The position numbers and the translations under genes were made by a program. This document shows positions 35,156 to 49,700 of a stretch of DNA of 64,000 nucleotides, piece by piece (position 1 is the stretch's first letter; every line of letters starts with the position of its first letter). Location of the stretch: positions 22,878,001 through 22,942,000 of the forward strand of contig OY740809.1 of assembly GCA_963514005.1 (NCBI GenBank), written 5' to 3'. The DNA comes from Raja brachyura (lineage: Eukaryota). The notes below the pieces were generated by a model. The model did no database searches. It was not told where the DNA came from and saw only the letters and a list, made by a program, of their open reading frames with translations.

Positions 35156-38100
35156 ACCACGCGTCTGTCTACACCAGTCTGAAGTTAAATGGCACAGTTT
35201 GGAACCGGTCAGTTATTTTGAACGCCTCTTGTGAATGGCCAATAATTGCCCGTTTAGGTATAACGCGACATGAAGTAGTTGGGCCGCTGTCCCAACCCTT
35301 TTGTCCATCTCCAATACTGTTCAACGTTACCATTCCTGCTTTGAATGTCGGAGGCCTTATGGGCTACACCAACTTTTAGCTGAAAATGCGTGAAAACTGT
35401 TCGTAATCAGCCGAGGACAACAATAAATCATTTCACGTCGGGTCTAAATTTTGGTTTCAGACCCAGACCGACGCTTTCAAAATCTCTGCAATTTAACCCG
35501 TCAAGTCAACTCAAATTAGCCCCCTGCCCCCTCTTCCATTGCCACGTGTTCTAGACAGTCACAGGTGAAATGCAAGTGCTGGAGGGTCCAATCGATTGTA
35601 TACCGGCTGCAAGTCAACAGCGGTCGGGGAAGTGGAATGATTAATGGAATCAGTTTCTACACAGAACTTCAGTGCAACTTCCATAAATAACAGCGAGAAG
35701 AAATAACGGACTGTCTAAAAAAGTCATTTTGTTACAAAAATGTGCGTGAAATAATTTTGGATTTGGAATCATGGGGGTTTAGCGATGGGGACTAACGGGG
35801 GAGGTCCTAATCTGCGGCTTGCGAACAATGTTAGTTCGCAAGAGAAATGTCTCTAACCATTGATCACAAGCGTCGGTACTCAGTCACTGTGGTTGAAGTG
35901 TCAGTCAGACCAAATCAATAGTTTGATTGAAGAGTTGATCCGGTGGCAGTTCTAGACGTCAAGTAACCATTACTTTTTTGATCACCGTGTATCGCCCCAC
36001 TCCCCCCTCCACCCCCCGCACTGTCTCACCAAGCCACTGACTGACCCAATCTGACAATGGGTTTCTCGAAGCCGATTAACGTAATTCTAGCTGAGCCGCA
36101 TAAAACCAACCCACGCACCCATTGAAGTGACTTCATCGCCGTCAGTGTCGCGACCCGAAACGTCACCTATTCCTTTTCTCCAGAGAAGCTGCCAGACCTG
36201 CTGAGTCACTCCCCCCTGTATCTATTAGCTAAACTGTGCTCAGCAGCCGATGAAAGAACGGCTTTCAATATAACCGAGTGCTCTTACACAGATATTTCAC
36301 AGTAATTTCGCAAACTGTGAAAAAATATATTGAAAGCGGGTTTAGCATTTCTGCTGTACTTGGGAGAGTGAACACTCACATTTTGTGCATGGCAGGATAA
36401 CACTGGATACCCAATGTTATTCTATCGTACACAAAATGGATACACATCGCCTTGTCATATAGATTTCTCATCTAACTGCCATCATGTTTCATCAACGACG
36501 GGGAAAATATGGAGAGAGAAAAATCGGCTTCAGAAATTTGGTGCAACGAACGCTGAATTGGTGGCATTTGGTGAAATGTGATTTTAGCCACGAGGAACAC
36601 CCGTCTCTGACATTTGTCGTGTTTTACTAGTTGTGTGACGCTAGTCAAATTGCTTCCAAAGGCCTGAACAAAACGACGTGCTTTTTTGGGTTTCGAATGG
36701 AAACTGAGCAGCCGGTGTCTGCTACATTTAATATTCAGTTTGAGAAGCTGTAAAAATAATCACGTTAGATGAGTTAGATTTGAGGAGATAAAACGATTAC
36801 ATTACATAATTAAGGAAGATAGGCTTGCTATGGGCCCAACATTACTGCGGTTCACACCAGAGACGAGGAAGTTGGTGAGCGGCAGAAGTATTTGGGCAGA
36901 ATATGGAAGAGCGGGAGTTAAATACAAAATATAGACAAAAAATGCAGGAGTCATTCAGCGGGGCAGACAGCATCTCTGGAGAGACGGGATGGGTGACGTT
37001 TCGGGTCGAGACCCTTCTTCACCCAAATACAAAAGTGATCGGCTGTTATCTTTAAAATGTGCGAGTTATGTTCGCGAAGTGGGAGGTGATACAGTGGACC
37101 TGGGCAGGCAAACCGACGTTCAGCGGATGTTTTTTTTTAAATTCCGCATGGGTTGCCGGGGTCTTTTCGCCGGCACTGCTTGTGGATGAAGCGACGCACA
37201 TTTATAGTTGATTGGAAAGAAAACGGTTGTTTTTGGTTAAGATCTGATCAAAGAATATTTAGTTACACCGGTTCTTTGTGAGGGAGACCCAGGTCTCATG
37301 AATCGTTCTTTGAAAGGCATGATGTGTACTTTTTAAAGCGGCCCATATATTCGCCGCTTCTATGCTGTCGGCGGAGTCACCATGTAATTCCAGACTATCG
37401 GAAAATAAATCTTAATTACGTCTGAAATTCTGCAGCTTTCTCAACAGCTTATGTGCCGCGACACATTATTCGGGCTTTCAATAAACCCTCGGATTGACTT
37501 CCATATCTCGGCAGCTGTGAGTTTGCGGGCTACATTCGTGATGTGGAACAAGGATAGGACAAGAGTGGAAGCGTGATCGGGATTTCCAGTCTAAAGTTCG
37601 TGTAAAACAGACACCCCCCGCTCACGGGTCTTTCTCTCCTCCACCCGCTGTTGGACTCCGAGCCCTTCCCCGTTGTAACCTCCTCTCTGTCCCATCCACT
37701 TCAAAAAACATTCTCCGTCGCTCCTTTTTCGCTTTAACAATTGAACTTTTTTTTTCCGATTTTTTTTTTTTACTAAGAGTAGTGTTTTACTGTCCCGAGC
37801 GGACAAAGTCTGTTCCCAAACTTGCGGTAGTATCATCGACTTTAATGTTCCCAACCGGCTAATCCAATCCCGCCGCTATTCACTGTTTGATGGCAAGACC
37901 ATTTTCGTTACGGTCTATAATATTCAATTCTACCCTCACTTTAAACGTGGCAACACTATCCATATCCACGCAATCGTTCGTGTAGCTGTGCACTCCGTGA
38001 CATTGAATTTGTGTTTAAAGGAAGATATCTCTTAGACTGCAGAGGAAGTGAATCTCCCGGGGAAGGAGGGCAAATAATCTCTCCCTCCGGTAGGGTATCT

Positions 38101-40790
38101 CAACTACTCTCGCTAGGGTCTGGTTTGATTGAACCGAGTTGACCGTTTTTTGCCAAATGCACGTTTTTCCCTAAACCTCTCCCATCGAGGTTGTGTTGTT
38201 CACGCGGATGATGGGACAGGAAATAGTAACTCGCCTCCACTCCCTTCGGGCGCCGTGTTAACTTCTGGCCCGAACCAAGCCTCAAGCTCTATAAATTCAC
38301 ATAAATGTGCAGACCGGTGGCATCCCGCCTGCTCAACCATTGTCAACCAATTAATCAATCAATCAGTTGTATTCGTCACTTGCACATAAAGTGGGCGAAA
38401 ATCAATTATGTTAAAGCATCACGGACCAGAAACGTGAACAGTTTCTCGTTCCACAGATGCTGCTTGACTTCTCGCATGCTTTTACATTTTCTATTTTTGT
38501 AAGAATTGCTAGCGGGGGATGTTAAAAAAGACAGAGAAGTCTTATTGAAATTCAGCAGAAAACAATTACTCTTATTCCCCAAAGATGTACAAATAATAAT
38601 TAAAATGGAACACTTTTCCCATGATGGGGAAAGACGTGAAGTGTCAAATTTGTATGTGGTCGTTTTGTCCCCACCATTAATCAGGGGGCGCTTCGACTGT
38701 GAGGTTTGGAAGCCGCTGGACTGTCGCACTCGCCCTAATCCCAGTTATCAGACACTTTGTATTTTACAAATCGTGATCACGGGATTTAATTACTAACTAT
38801 CCTTGTTACGTTGGTTAACTCGATTTAGTTTACTTTCCAATTTTAGAGGTACAGCGTCGGAAACAGGTCCTTCGACCCACCGAGTCCGCGCCGACCAGCG
38901 ATCACCCGTAAACTAGTTCTATCCTACATACTTGGGACAATTTACAAAAGCCAATCAACCCACACACCAGAATGAATCAGACCCTCTCTCGCCCACAGAG
39001 AGATTTGCCAATTCTGATCGATGTCTATCCAACTCTATTATCTGTGTATATTGCAGTAGGCTCCAACTCTGTAATCGAATTGGCTGAATCTTTCCTTCCC
39101 TCCCTATTTCATATCGCCATTTTAGCTGATTAGAGAAGGAGTCAGTTAATATCTGGCCGAGACAGCCGAACTGTTGGTGTGACACCCTTCATCCCCCGGT
39201 CCGACTGATCCCTTGCATCCAGTCTGCAGCATATTTCCCCAAGCTAAATCGCCTCTTCCGGGCTGCTGAAGGGGAAAGGAAGCTAATTAATTGCAAAGAG
39301 GCTAGAAAGTTAATGAAATGGATGGCGGTGACTGGTGCAAAAGAAAAAAATAAATTCCAGGCGAAACCACGCAACTTGCTCCATTTCGCAATTGAGCGAG
39401 CTCCCCTCCCCTCCCCTCCCCTCCCGCCCGCCGCTCCTCCCAAAGTATGTAAAAATAACGAGGCGGGTGAAGGTTGCCGACTGTGCTGGGACATTGCGGT
39501 ACGTTCCGAGCACAACCCAATGTTCCACAACACGGTACAAAAACAAATCAGTGATCTTTGTGCATTGAGGAGGTTTCCCCTCCCCTATGGCGAGTGGCGC
39601 CGAGGGCTGAAGGATGTCACCACCAACGGGCGGCCTGTCTCTTCCAGATAGTAACTAAATCCTAAATCCAAGGCAACGCACAGTATCAGTATCATCTGAA
39701 TTTTGAGACTGGCGGGTGGTGTTGATAATTGCTCAAATCTGCAACGATCTGTCCCTTCACAATATCACCCTCCTCCCCCCTCCCATGTCAAAGTGCTGAT
39801 TTCCATTAAGTTCGTTTCGTTAATTTTCGGGTGTTCCTGTCTATTGCCTTGACATCAACATTTGTTTCACCAGCCCTTCAACCCTGGAAGAATTCGGGGT
39901 GGGGAGGGGTGCGGGGACCAACCTTTCTTGGTAAAAAGAACACGTCACATTTATTTTACAAAAGTCCAAAGGGGTCACCGATTGGAACTAGACGGAGGTT
40001 CTTGCGGCATTATTTTGGATATGGTACCGCGGGGGCAGATATGGCCTGTTCGATGCTGGGTGATTTTGCAATGGGCCTGGGACCCGTTTGTGACTTGTGA
40101 GATTTTGAACCTATGACTAAAACAATTCCCCGTACGAAGGCACAGCAGGCCGTTAGCAACCTGTTGTGCCTTAAATATCTGTAGAACCTCGACTACAATT
40201 GAAATCAAACATTGTTGATTCCTGCAATGTTGTGTTTGCATTTTAAGGCAAATCTACACCAGAGTCGCACTGTAGACAGGACATTTTACAAAGAGAATAT
40301 TGAGCACCAAGCCGACCAGTGTTGACCATTCGACAAAGGATCTCAAGTCCCGATTTGCGAGCCACCATTTCATTCTTACAGTTACAATGGGGAAACCTTC
40401 TTGACAAACCAAGCTAACTAATCTTTTGAAAATTCTATTTAAAACACACCATAGCAGCTGCTTTATTCAGATGTGACTGTTGGATAGGAACATTTAAAAA
40501 GGACCTTCGAAAATGTATTTCAATTTTGTTTGTGTGTTGGCCGGCGCACTGAATAGCGAGCAAATGTAAAACAAACTGCTGGAGGAACATTTGCAGAGGG
40601 AGAAGGACTGACGACATTTCGTGCCGAGATCCTTCCTCAGATGGGCCGAAGGGTCACCTGCCAATTTCCCTCCAAAGATGCTTCGCGACCCGCAGAGTTC
40701 CTCCAGAAGGGTGTTTTTATTTTTCGCTCACCATTCCAGCATCTGTAATCTCTTATGTCTACGTTTTGACACTCGTAATTTGCCCTTCAG

Positions 40791-40835
40791 ATTATTATTA
40801 CGATTATTATTATTATTATTATTATTATTGTTATT
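40791..40835. repeat. (ATT)n microsatellite
   Basis: Directly visible, with one interruption. Confidence 0.9.
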
Positions 40836-43290
40836 CTTCTAATGCTGCTTATCATTATTATTCTACATACACTCATGATTATACGTTATTACGAACAAAA
40901 AAGCTTTTTACGGTACCTCTGTACACGTGACAATAAGCTAAACCAAACTAAACTAACTAAGGGCCCTGTGCTTTTTTTTAATGACATTCAGGAGATTTTA
41001 TAGTTCAACAAACGAAAGCTTTCAAGTTCAGTTTAAAAAAAACAGGACTTTCCATGATTCCCTTCCTGATACTAAACATGTCCCGTTCCTGCCAAACACC
41101 TTTTCCTGTAACTCTCCCACACATAGCCGAATCATTCTGTTGCAACAAAGGAAACCTACTCCCCTTCAACTAAGCAGCGGCTCCGCTCCAGGCCGGCCTG
41201 CAAAGCCTGAGCAGAACTCTGACTGAAATGTTCGGCTTGGAGCGCCCTTACTTTCCGCTGTCTGATAGCCGCAGACGGCATCAGACGGATACTTGTAAAC
41301 TGCTTCCAGTAATGTCACTGTATCTGGATAGTGTAGGTTGTCCTTGTTCGTCTAACACGTAAAAACAAGGTTACGTCTTATGTGTAAGATTGGAAGCGTC
41401 GGTTTCCTTGCTCCTATGTATTTTTGATAATCTATAGCCCACAAGGTGGCAGATGAAAATGGCAGCTCAATGCAAGTAAGTTCATACTATTACCCTTTTT
41501 CTCGAGAACCAGGCAACGAAGATATCGGGAAAGTTTGCAAGCTCCAATTAGGCCTGGTGGAGTGTATTTTAAACCTGCCAGAGGGCTTATTAACCTCAAT
41601 GGGTTGAACGCTAGCCCAATACCAAGGAACCCGCACTTCCACCCACTCTGTAGGTTCTTCTGGTCGTTGGGTTATTATGCAGAGTGTGTAAAAACTAGTT
41701 GACATCTCCCCGTGAAACAGGGCAAAGCCGTCACAATGGATTACATTGAAGCCTACATACAGGCACCACGCGAGAAATGGGAAAACTTCGACGCAAATTC
41801 AACGAAAATAAACATTTGCGGCCAAGCTTTGAAATCGACCCTTAAAGCGCTAATCAAAAAAATCAAGAAGGAATTGTAGGGGAAGTGCACTGCTTTTACC
41901 TGGAATGTATAGCATTGGTTCCTTAAGAAAACAAATACCTTATCGTCCATTAAGATAGAATCAAGATATATAATTCAAGTCATTAACTTCTCGTTGATAC
42001 CTGGTCTGTTTCTCGGCATGTTCTACACTTGAGGGACAACAGATTAATTCAATTAATATTTAATTCCCAAGTGAACGTGCAAAGTGGACGATGTTCCCCA
42101 ACAGCGGGATTTTAACTATGAATCCAGCCACTGGATCAGAATCATTAATGCTCTCAATCCCTAATCATGATCAGTTACAGACTGATCAGTTACCCTTTGA
42201 GTGTAACAGTTTGATCAATTTCACGTCCAAAGACTGAGGCTGCGAGCTAGGATTGCCATAATAGCAGGGCGCTCCAGAACGCTCCACACAATAAGATGTG
42301 GGCTACAAACGAATGTAACATCACAAGTGCGTTAAAGATGGGCTCTATTTTTCTTCTGAATGTTCTCGCTGTGATGTGATCTACTCTGTACATGCAGCCG
42401 AACCAACATAGACCCGGTATTCTGAATTTATATACTGTGGGATTTTTCTTCAGTATCTACACTTTAAATTACAAGACGGCGAATTTATTTTAAAAAAAAT
42501 AGTTCCACTCTCTCTCAATTAAACTAATAGAATCGCTGGTTCCAACGCGCGCCCTGCTTAAATACAGGCATAGAATCTTTTCAAGGCCTCGCCTGCGCCT
42601 CTTACAATCAATACTGTTACAACAGCATTAGAAAAAAAACAACTTGTGCGCCGCCCTGGTCTATTCCAGTTAATAGAATTCGCTGCGTTTAATCTGTTTG
42701 AGCACAATTTGTAATCAACACAGGTTTACTGACGCCTGGAGAAATATTTATAACATTAATTCGTCACATAGTTTGTACCATTAGAATATGTCGCATTTGT
42801 TTTCCAAAAAATATGGATAGAATGCTACAGTTTGTACTGAATACATTTTCGTTAATTAAATTGAGAAACTATCACAGTCACATACAATTTCTTTAGAGCT
42901 GTTTGAATTAATGATTTGAGTCCAACTTGTAAAGCTCACACTGTTATACCGGCAATTTATATCAGAGTCAACTCTCCAATTATGACAGTAAACTTCACTT
43001 ATCCAGATTGTAGACTGTGCATAACACAAATTAAAATGTCAACATTCAGATATTTTAAGGAGTAGAAATACGTTTCTTGATTCTCACTCCTGTCTGAATC
43101 GACATATGTTAAATGTAAAGCTAGTTTTAGGGGAGAGGGGCTGGTAGGCATCGGTGATCCGCTGGCGAACAGATCAAGTGGAAATTGGTGCACGGTTATT
43201 TTAGGACACGAACAACACACCTCCTTGCCTCTATTTTTTTAATTGGATAAATGACCCCACATTCCCCAAAGCACCAAGTCAAGGTCCTAC

Positions 43291-43780
43291 CTTCGCCGTG
43301 CCTGCGATGCGGGATCAGACTGAAGGCAGCATTGTCCATGGGAGCCGGGCTCCAGGCGCCGGCCGCCTCCGAGCTCAGGTACTGCGGGTAGTGGTTGGGG
43401 AAGGAGCCGCTGAGGGTCCAGCTGATACTGACCTGGTCCCGCACGGCGGCGGCGGCGGCGGCTGCCGAGGAGATGGAGAGAGGGCTGCTGAAGGCGGGAG
43501 AACCGCTGGAGATCGGCGGGCTGGAAGAGTAGGAAGCGGGGTTGCGGCTGCAAGAAGGTTCGCTGCTCGCCGCCTGAGCCTGCGCCTGAGCCCAGGATGG
43601 GTGAGCGGACACTGGGCTGGCCTGCTGGGGGGAGCTGCCTTGCAGGTAAGAGAAGCCCGACAGCCCGCTGCTCATCCTGGAGCTCGGGACATAGACGGCA
43701 GAACTGGCCGAGTGGAGGAAAGCCCCGACCGGGTCAGGGTGCGCCGTGTAGGGCGGGGGATTGGCCAGACCCTGGTACAT
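43291..43780 (-). CDS. gata4: GATA4-like transcription factor, coding exon 1 (N-terminal activation domain)
   Basis: ATG at 43780 (gagATGT) reads MYQGLANPPPYTAHPDPVGAFLHSASSAVYVPSSRM...YLQGSSPQQASPVSAHPSWAQA...SPPIS...SSPLSIS...YPQYLSSEAAGAW, matching GATA4-type N-terminal motifs. Ends at GAAG|GTAGGA donor; 490 nt, phase 1. Confidence 0.9.
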
Positions 43781-44032
43781 CTCCGGGGCAGGGTCCCGGG
43801 ACAAGCCGAGGGCAAACCCGCACACAGAGAGAGGCTTCAGCGGTGCCACCCGCCTGAATGTCCCGGGACTCAGCGCTCACCCCCCACCAACTCAAAATAG
43901 ATGTCCTTTAGTGGAAAGTCCTCGCGATCTCAACTGATGCCAACTCGCAGCGGCTCCCAGTCCGTCCCAACGCCGGAGAGTAGATCCCGACCACTGACAT
44001 CCGCCGAGGGAGTGGGGTAACTGACAGAACTA
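43781..44032 (-). other. gata4: 5' UTR portion of the first coding exon
   Basis: Strong polypyrimidine acceptor ctctgtctctcgctctctcag|TAG (NAGNAG) at 44033-44055. An in-frame TGA upstream of the ATG excludes a long N-terminal extension. Confidence 0.6.
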
Positions 44033-44952
44033 CTGAGAGAGCGAGAGACAGAGTTCATCAGCTGGTCAAAGATCGAAGGAAAAATGGAAAGGAAATGGAA
44101 ATCAAACCATGGGAGATTTCAATGGGACCTCCCATCTCCCAATGAACGCATCTCGCTGTCAATCTGGCTTTCCAGTCCCCGCCCGCGCTCAACTTTCCGG
44201 GGCGGGCTCTTGTCTGCTCTGAGTTTACCGGAGTTTTCAAGCAGCCACAGTCTCCGGCATTGCAGGTGCGAGAGCGACCGCCTTGCCCCAAGTTTCCCGG
44301 GCGAAGCCGACGCTGGAAGCAGCCGATGTAACGGACCGGCTCGCGAATGTTACCACTTTAAACAAAACGAGCTAACCTCCAAGTAAAATCGTGATTTTAA
44401 GAAAGTAGTGCCCAAATCGGGCTGTAAATTCATCTTTATTAGATTCTCTGCTAACAACAATTTCACCTAACTATTTGGTACCCAGCAAAGGCTTTTCACT
44501 GTGCCCCGGTACACGTGTCAATAAACTAAACTAAACTAGACTAGAGTTGGACTCATGACTCCCATTCCTTCTATTATCCGTCTTCTGTTATTTTTATCAT
44601 ACGTGACTAAAACGGGATTAAGAAAATGGACGCGCAAGAAAATGTAGGCGTCAGAAATAGTTGCCTTGCGAGGAAACATGTAAAGGAGACTTGATAATAA
44701 TTCGTTAAGAGGGAATATTCTTGACAAGGGCGCTCGGGCCAAAGGACAAGAACACACTCTCAGTGGCCAAACACGGCGGGACAAGAAGTGAACTGCAGGT
44801 GCTGGTTCATAGCGAAGATGGACAATGCTGGAGTAACTCAGCGGGTTAGGCAGCATCTCTGGTGAAAAAAATCGGTGATGTTTCGGGTCGGAGCTATTCT
44901 TCAGACAGAGAGCTATTCTTGAGACAGTGGTGGTGTGGGGGGCGGTGGAAGG

Positions 44953-44954
<2 letters not shown>

Positions 44955-44986
<32 letters not shown>
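44955..44986. repeat. (GT)n microsatellite followed by poly-G
   Basis: Directly visible. Confidence 0.95.
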
Positions 44987-44987
<1 letters not shown>

Positions 44988-46652
44988 GGGGGGGGGGGGA
45001 TTAACGTGAGACTAAAGAATAACGGGTGGACTGGAGAGCCCAGGGCAGAGGCAGCTCCATACGGCGCAAACTTGGCGTAGGTCTGGGAGCTGGGAACATC
45101 ACGTTCAGGGTTCCTCCTCGGCTTTTCGTGCATGAAAGGAGTATTTAACACGGACTTGTCCCAGGCGGGCAGGAAGCTGAAAACATGAAGCCGTTAATCA
45201 CAGTGTAGGATAGACACAACATGCTGGGGTGTAGCAGCGGGTCAAACAGCATCTCTGGAGAAAAGGAATAGTGACGTTTCGGGTCGAGACTGCTCTTCAA
45301 CCACTATCTAACGCGGCGGATTGCTACAACTTGATCTGCAATCTCCTTCTATGAGCATTTTAAGCGAATGAAAGGGATTCTCATATAACGTAACAATTGT
45401 TAACTATCCTTGATACGGAGTGAACATTATCTCACAAAGCTATACAATCGAGACGCTGCGGTCCAGCGGTTTATAAACTACTGCCAATCGTTCATCTGAT
45501 GTTTTAGATGCACCCCGGTTTGGAATAAACCAGGCGAATAGTACTCACGATAAATCCTCCAAGTATTTTCAATTTTGTGCAGTTTTGAACATAAGGCGAT
45601 TGGGACACTATTTCCAGTGGAACGTCAGTGAACGGTTTTGAGAAATTACCCTCTTCCCCCGCCAACCTTGCAAATAAGGAAACCCGTTCAAGCGTCCGCA
45701 GAAGGATGCCGACGTTTATAGGATAAGAGTGAGTTATTGTCATATGTCCCAGTCGGAACAATGACATTCTTACTTGCAGCAGTACAACAGAATATGTAAA
45801 CAATATAATACACGAGAATATCTCTGTAAACAATATATAAACGAGAATAAAGTTCTCGTATGGTGTACACACTGAATAGATATATATATTATATTTTCAG
45901 ACATATAGACGCATAAAATAAGCAAACAATAGGGAAAATTCGGTGAATATATACAAGGCCACACCTCGATTACTGCGCAGTTTTAGGCATCTCGTTACAG
46001 AAAGGAGGTGAAAGGCATAGAGGACATTCGGCACAGAATCATCGGGTTAATTTGAGCACGATAATTTATTGTTAAAGGAGGTGTGAGGTTCTGAGGCAAT
46101 TGCCACTGAGATGGGGAAAAATAATTGAGATTAATGGGATATTTGTATTTATCATTTTTCAAGACTTTGGAAATGCTACTTCTGAGTGGTGTGTCATCGA
46201 GAATTGGTTCAATGATTTACTTATTAAAATGGTGAGGTGAAAGACGAGGAGAATATTATCCACAAAATTGTACTCTCAGAAGTATGTAATAAGGGAGAAT
46301 GCGGTTAGAAACAGGCATATGCAATGAGATTAATTTTGGATTGAGCTGGCTAGTTGCTGGCACAGACTCAATGGGAGGTGTAGTTTGAAATTCTTTCCTT
46401 AAACTATGTGCCACTACTGCACAAGGCTGGCCTGCATCCAGAGTGGCCAAACTGTGTCAATTCTTATCGGAACGAGTCTTTGGGTTAGTCTAAAATGAAC
46501 TTTAACCTACTGATCCAATTTCGTGCATTAGTAACATTCCAAAAGAAAGGGCCCATTATTGACAACTCCAATGTATTAACATCAACGCATGAGAATGTCC
46601 TTATTATAATAAAATGTGCATATTACATAGCCATTGATTAAGGGGATCTTAC

Positions 46653-46766
46653 CTATCTGCTTTGTTCTTGCGCTACCGAAATCCTTTAGTTCTTTAAATC
46701 ATTTGATATTGCGGGTGTTAAAAGAAATTCAGAATACAGGTCTCTGCCTCACGTGAATTGTACGTG
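46653..46766 (-). promoter_or_regulatory. Candidate proximal promoter (TCACGTGA E-box) and non-coding exon 1 of the GATA gene
   Basis: Palindromic TCACGTGA at 46749-46756 and TACGTG at 46761-46766. A consensus donor ATAG|GTAAGA lies ~100 nt downstream at 46653, near the edge of the CpG-rich domain. Confidence 0.35.
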
Positions 46767-49700
46767 GATAGCATTCATCCCTTGTGCCCAAATACACTCC
46801 TGCCACAGTTAGTCTTGCCTTTCTGCCCCGTGGCCTTTGAATATGATGTCTGAGTTCTTACATTTATGGAGTTTAATCAGGTCCAGGTTTAACATTATTG
46901 ACGTTGACATTATTGAAAGTATGCATCCGATAAAGGACAGGAGCCCTATGAGAAATATACATGCCTGAACATTAATACATAAACACAGTTTTGGTCTTTA
47001 AAAGTATTAATCTTATTACATTTGTATTTCATTTTTATCTTGATGAATCCCTTAGTTTAACTGCGCAGAAAGAACATGTGTTTACTATGGGGTTTAACAC
47101 CATTCCTAACCAACTAAAACCTTCTTTTCATCTCTTAACCTAATCACTGAAGACGTTTACACATTGAAGGAACAGGAGTTCCACCCCTTTCTACCACTGG
47201 AAGTTAGTCACAGGGCAAATTTTGACCCTCTTAATGTTAAAATTGTTGGTTTTGGCATTGATTTCAAGAGACACATAAAGCAGGACACCACTCCCCTTCC
47301 ATGTGCGATAAAAAAAAGTGTTAGGAGATAGGTGTGAAGGCTGCTTTACTCTCATTTCATTTATTCTCCACTGTCAGATGGACCTCTTTTCACACTCACC
47401 TCATTAATTATAAACATCAACCTCAATGCTGTTTGTGAAAGATTTGTTAGCACAATTTATCTTGCCATTCAAAATATGTTTGAGCAAAGGAAACTTTTGT
47501 TTTCCTTTGTACAAGACTCTAATAATAAAACTCAAGGTGATACACAATAGAAAATTGGGACTTGCAAAGATAGTATTGCAAAGAGGGTAATTATATAATT
47601 AATTAGGAAATGATTAGAAAGTATAACATCTCATTTAGTAGAATGTCATATAATATTATTTTTTTGACATAGTGCACAAAACATTATCAAATGACATTGG
47701 TAGCTATTATAGTTGTAAAATCAAATCAAATAGCCCATTAGTTCTGGTTTAGGCAAAGAAGGAGAAAGTTGTACCCATTAACAATAGCCCGAGGATTCAC
47801 TCTGGATCTCCTCCATGACCATCTTAGAAGGTAGGGATCATTTTATGTTGACAAGGTACTAATTTTAGCTTTAAGACGGCTCAAAATACCAGAAAATATA
47901 AATATCGTACAAGGAGCCTCAATAGCAAGGTCAATATTGCAAGAAAGAACAGAGAAGATTTTTAACCCATGTGGGAATTTTTTATTACTTGCCATTTCAT
48001 AAATCAGTAGTCAATTTAAACGTCATGTATTTTGCACATTATCTTCAATATGAGAAATGTCTCACGGTGCCTCGTTTAATGATGTCCGGACTGAATCTGT
48101 TGTAGATATATCTCAAAGCTGGTCAAGGTCTGATGACAGCTGTACTGTGGTGGTATATCCTGCAAGGCAACACAAACTATGATGATTAGTTCCTATGTCC
48201 AGATAGTTTCTCAATCATGGACAAATTAGAAAATAAAATGTGGAAAGATGTTTTCTTCAGAAGAGAATTGCTGAATAGTCTGATGCTTCTCATTTTCTGA
48301 CACAATTCACAAGAAAAACTGTAAGGATAATAGAACTGATTATGATTCCCTTTTAACACAGGTATATAAATATAACTCTACAGGGAGCATAGAGTTACTA
48401 AGAGGAGCTTACAACAATTTCTTTCGGTCCAACAGTCCCCAATGGTATTTATGCTGCACTCAAATTTAGAGCACTAGATTTAGAGCCCTAGTTTGATTAA
48501 CCTGCTACCTAACAATCATCAAACTGTGACATAATAGAATGCAGAGATGTCAATGATGGGCAATATGGAATGCACAAAACTAAAGGGAAAATAAGCTGAT
48601 GTTTAATAGATTCTTAATCGAAACTGAGATAGATTTTTGAATGGTACCAGTGTCAAGGGTTATGGGGAGAAGGCAGGAGAATGGGGTTAGGACAGAGAGA
48701 TAGATCAGCCATGCTTTAAGATGGCTCAAAAAGATAGCGGAGTAGACGATGGGCTGAATGGCCTAATTCTACTCCTACCAATTCCGACCTTGTGACCATA
48801 ATGGGAGTTATTTGTTTTTATTTCAAAGCCAGCTTATCGGCATGATATTTCTGGAATTTTCTGATTTAACAAAAGTGAAGATATTAGTCTAAGTACCAAT
48901 ATAATATATTTTCATAAATCTTAGTCTCATATAACAACATTTAAAATTATATTATAGTTAGGATTAATCATTTTGAAAGCATGAAAAACAGATTTTTTTT
49001 TAAAATGCAAGTAAAATAAAATATTCATAATCTGAAAATAGATTTTATCAGCAAAATAGTATTAGGAGGGCATATCTCTTTACGAGTTTAACACTAAACG
49101 ATCTGACATTATTTACTGTATATTCAGCAGCTTCGCCCTTGTACAATTTCATTTACCCATATTAATATCACGGGGTGAGTTAAAGTTCAACTTTTGTCAA
49201 TCAAGAAAAATAAACCTAAAGACTCCACTTTCAAGGAAGTGACTCAAGGAGCGGTGGGTGTTTTGTGTTACAAAGCTGTATTTTTAGCACATGGCTGAAA
49301 TTCTACAAGATGTGACATGAGAATCAATCATTTACTTAAACCTGCTAATAATGATTTAACACACAAAGTGATGGGAAAAATAGATACAAGGATGATGTGG
49401 GAATTTACTTTTATTCAGAGGATGGATATGATCTGGACCTTCCTGTCCATAGGTGTGTTGGAAATAGAAGCAACCAGGGTTTCGTAAAGTAGATTGATAA
49501 TTAATTAAGGGAAATTTATTCCAGGGTTCTGGACAAATAATGGAAGACTGGGACTATCAGTATTGCTGTGCAAGAAGCTGGCACTCGGTTAATGGGTTGG
49601 TCTTTGTTTTGCGCTGTAATGATTTGAGGATTGCACTGTAAGATTTGTAATGAGAATGTATACAGTGGTTGGTCCCATTATAAATCACAGTCTGCAAAGA

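Noticed and set aside
43781-43849. ORF-track start MAPLKPL suggesting a GATA6-like long N-terminus
   Set aside because: The codon is GTG and an in-frame TGA lies ten codons upstream. The conserved MYQ start at 43780 is the likely initiator.
43298-43900. 200-aa plus-strand ORF
   Set aside because: Antisense shadow of the GC-rich GATA exon with no recognisable domain.
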